From NCBI GenBank assembly GCA_017882905.1, contig JADGOO010000113.1, forward strand, positions 372 to 64,371: DNA of 64,000 nucleotides, read 5' to 3'. Under the pieces are notes generated by a model. That model saw only the letters and a program-made list of their open reading frames with translations, did no database searches and was not told where the DNA came from. This DNA is from Acidimicrobiia bacterium. Lineage in GTDB: Bacteria; Actinomycetota; Acidimicrobiia; IMCC26256; PALSA-610. Below, in pieces: positions 63,951 to 64,000 of this stretch. Both the position numbers and the translations under genes were made by a program. Within the stretch, counting starts at the first letter, position 1, and the number at the start of each line of letters is the position of its first letter.

Positions 63951-64000
63951 ATGGACACCACCGCGCGTCGCAGGATTGCGGGAGTGCTCCTCTCGCTCAC
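63951..64000 (+). CDS. Start of a probable secreted/membrane protein (runs off the window)
   Basis: MDTTARRRIAGVLLSL... after a GGGGGA RBS-like sequence. Confidence 0.35.
   Translation, partial: MDTTARRRIAGVLLSL

Overview
About 64 kb of very GC-rich bacterial chromosome. The gene content points to Actinomycetota, most likely Acidimicrobiia (inference): F420-dependent LLM enzymes, 5 amidohydrolase_2 paralogues, 4 acyl-CoA ligases, 5 SDRs, a thiolase/DUF35 pair, tandem acyl-CoA dehydrogenases and a Prim-PolC-like protein. I found no rRNA, tRNA, CRISPR array, transposase or integrase. Main blocks: (i) 1-17 kb, lipid/aromatic-type CoA catabolism, with a shared 18-bp CCTGACA-N4-TGTCAGG palindrome in front of several genes; (ii) 17-24 kb, a short KdpD-like kinase, KdpE, galE, and a KimA/YdaO-type transporter with an OB-fold partner; (iii) 27-39.4 kb, a co-directional amine/polyol catabolic cluster (permease, choline-kinase-like, GcvT-like, glycerol-kinase-like, fused GlpA-like oxidoreductases, glutamine-synthetase-like, PuuD-like); (iv) a frameshifted O-acyltransferase; (v) 42-56 kb, more catabolic genes, including a sphingosine-1-phosphate-lyase-like gene divergent from an FGGY kinase; (vi) 56-64 kb, Prim-Pol, Usp, ECF sigma and a YtrA-type GntR/ABC module. 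Structures not explained by the genes: a 51-bp REP-like palindrome family (3 copies, one supplying the RBS and start codon of a gene), a 21-bp-arm perfect palindrome in frame at a gene-fusion junction, a candidate C-rich-loop small RNA, and pervasive leaderless promoters. All product calls come from motif recognition, not database searches.
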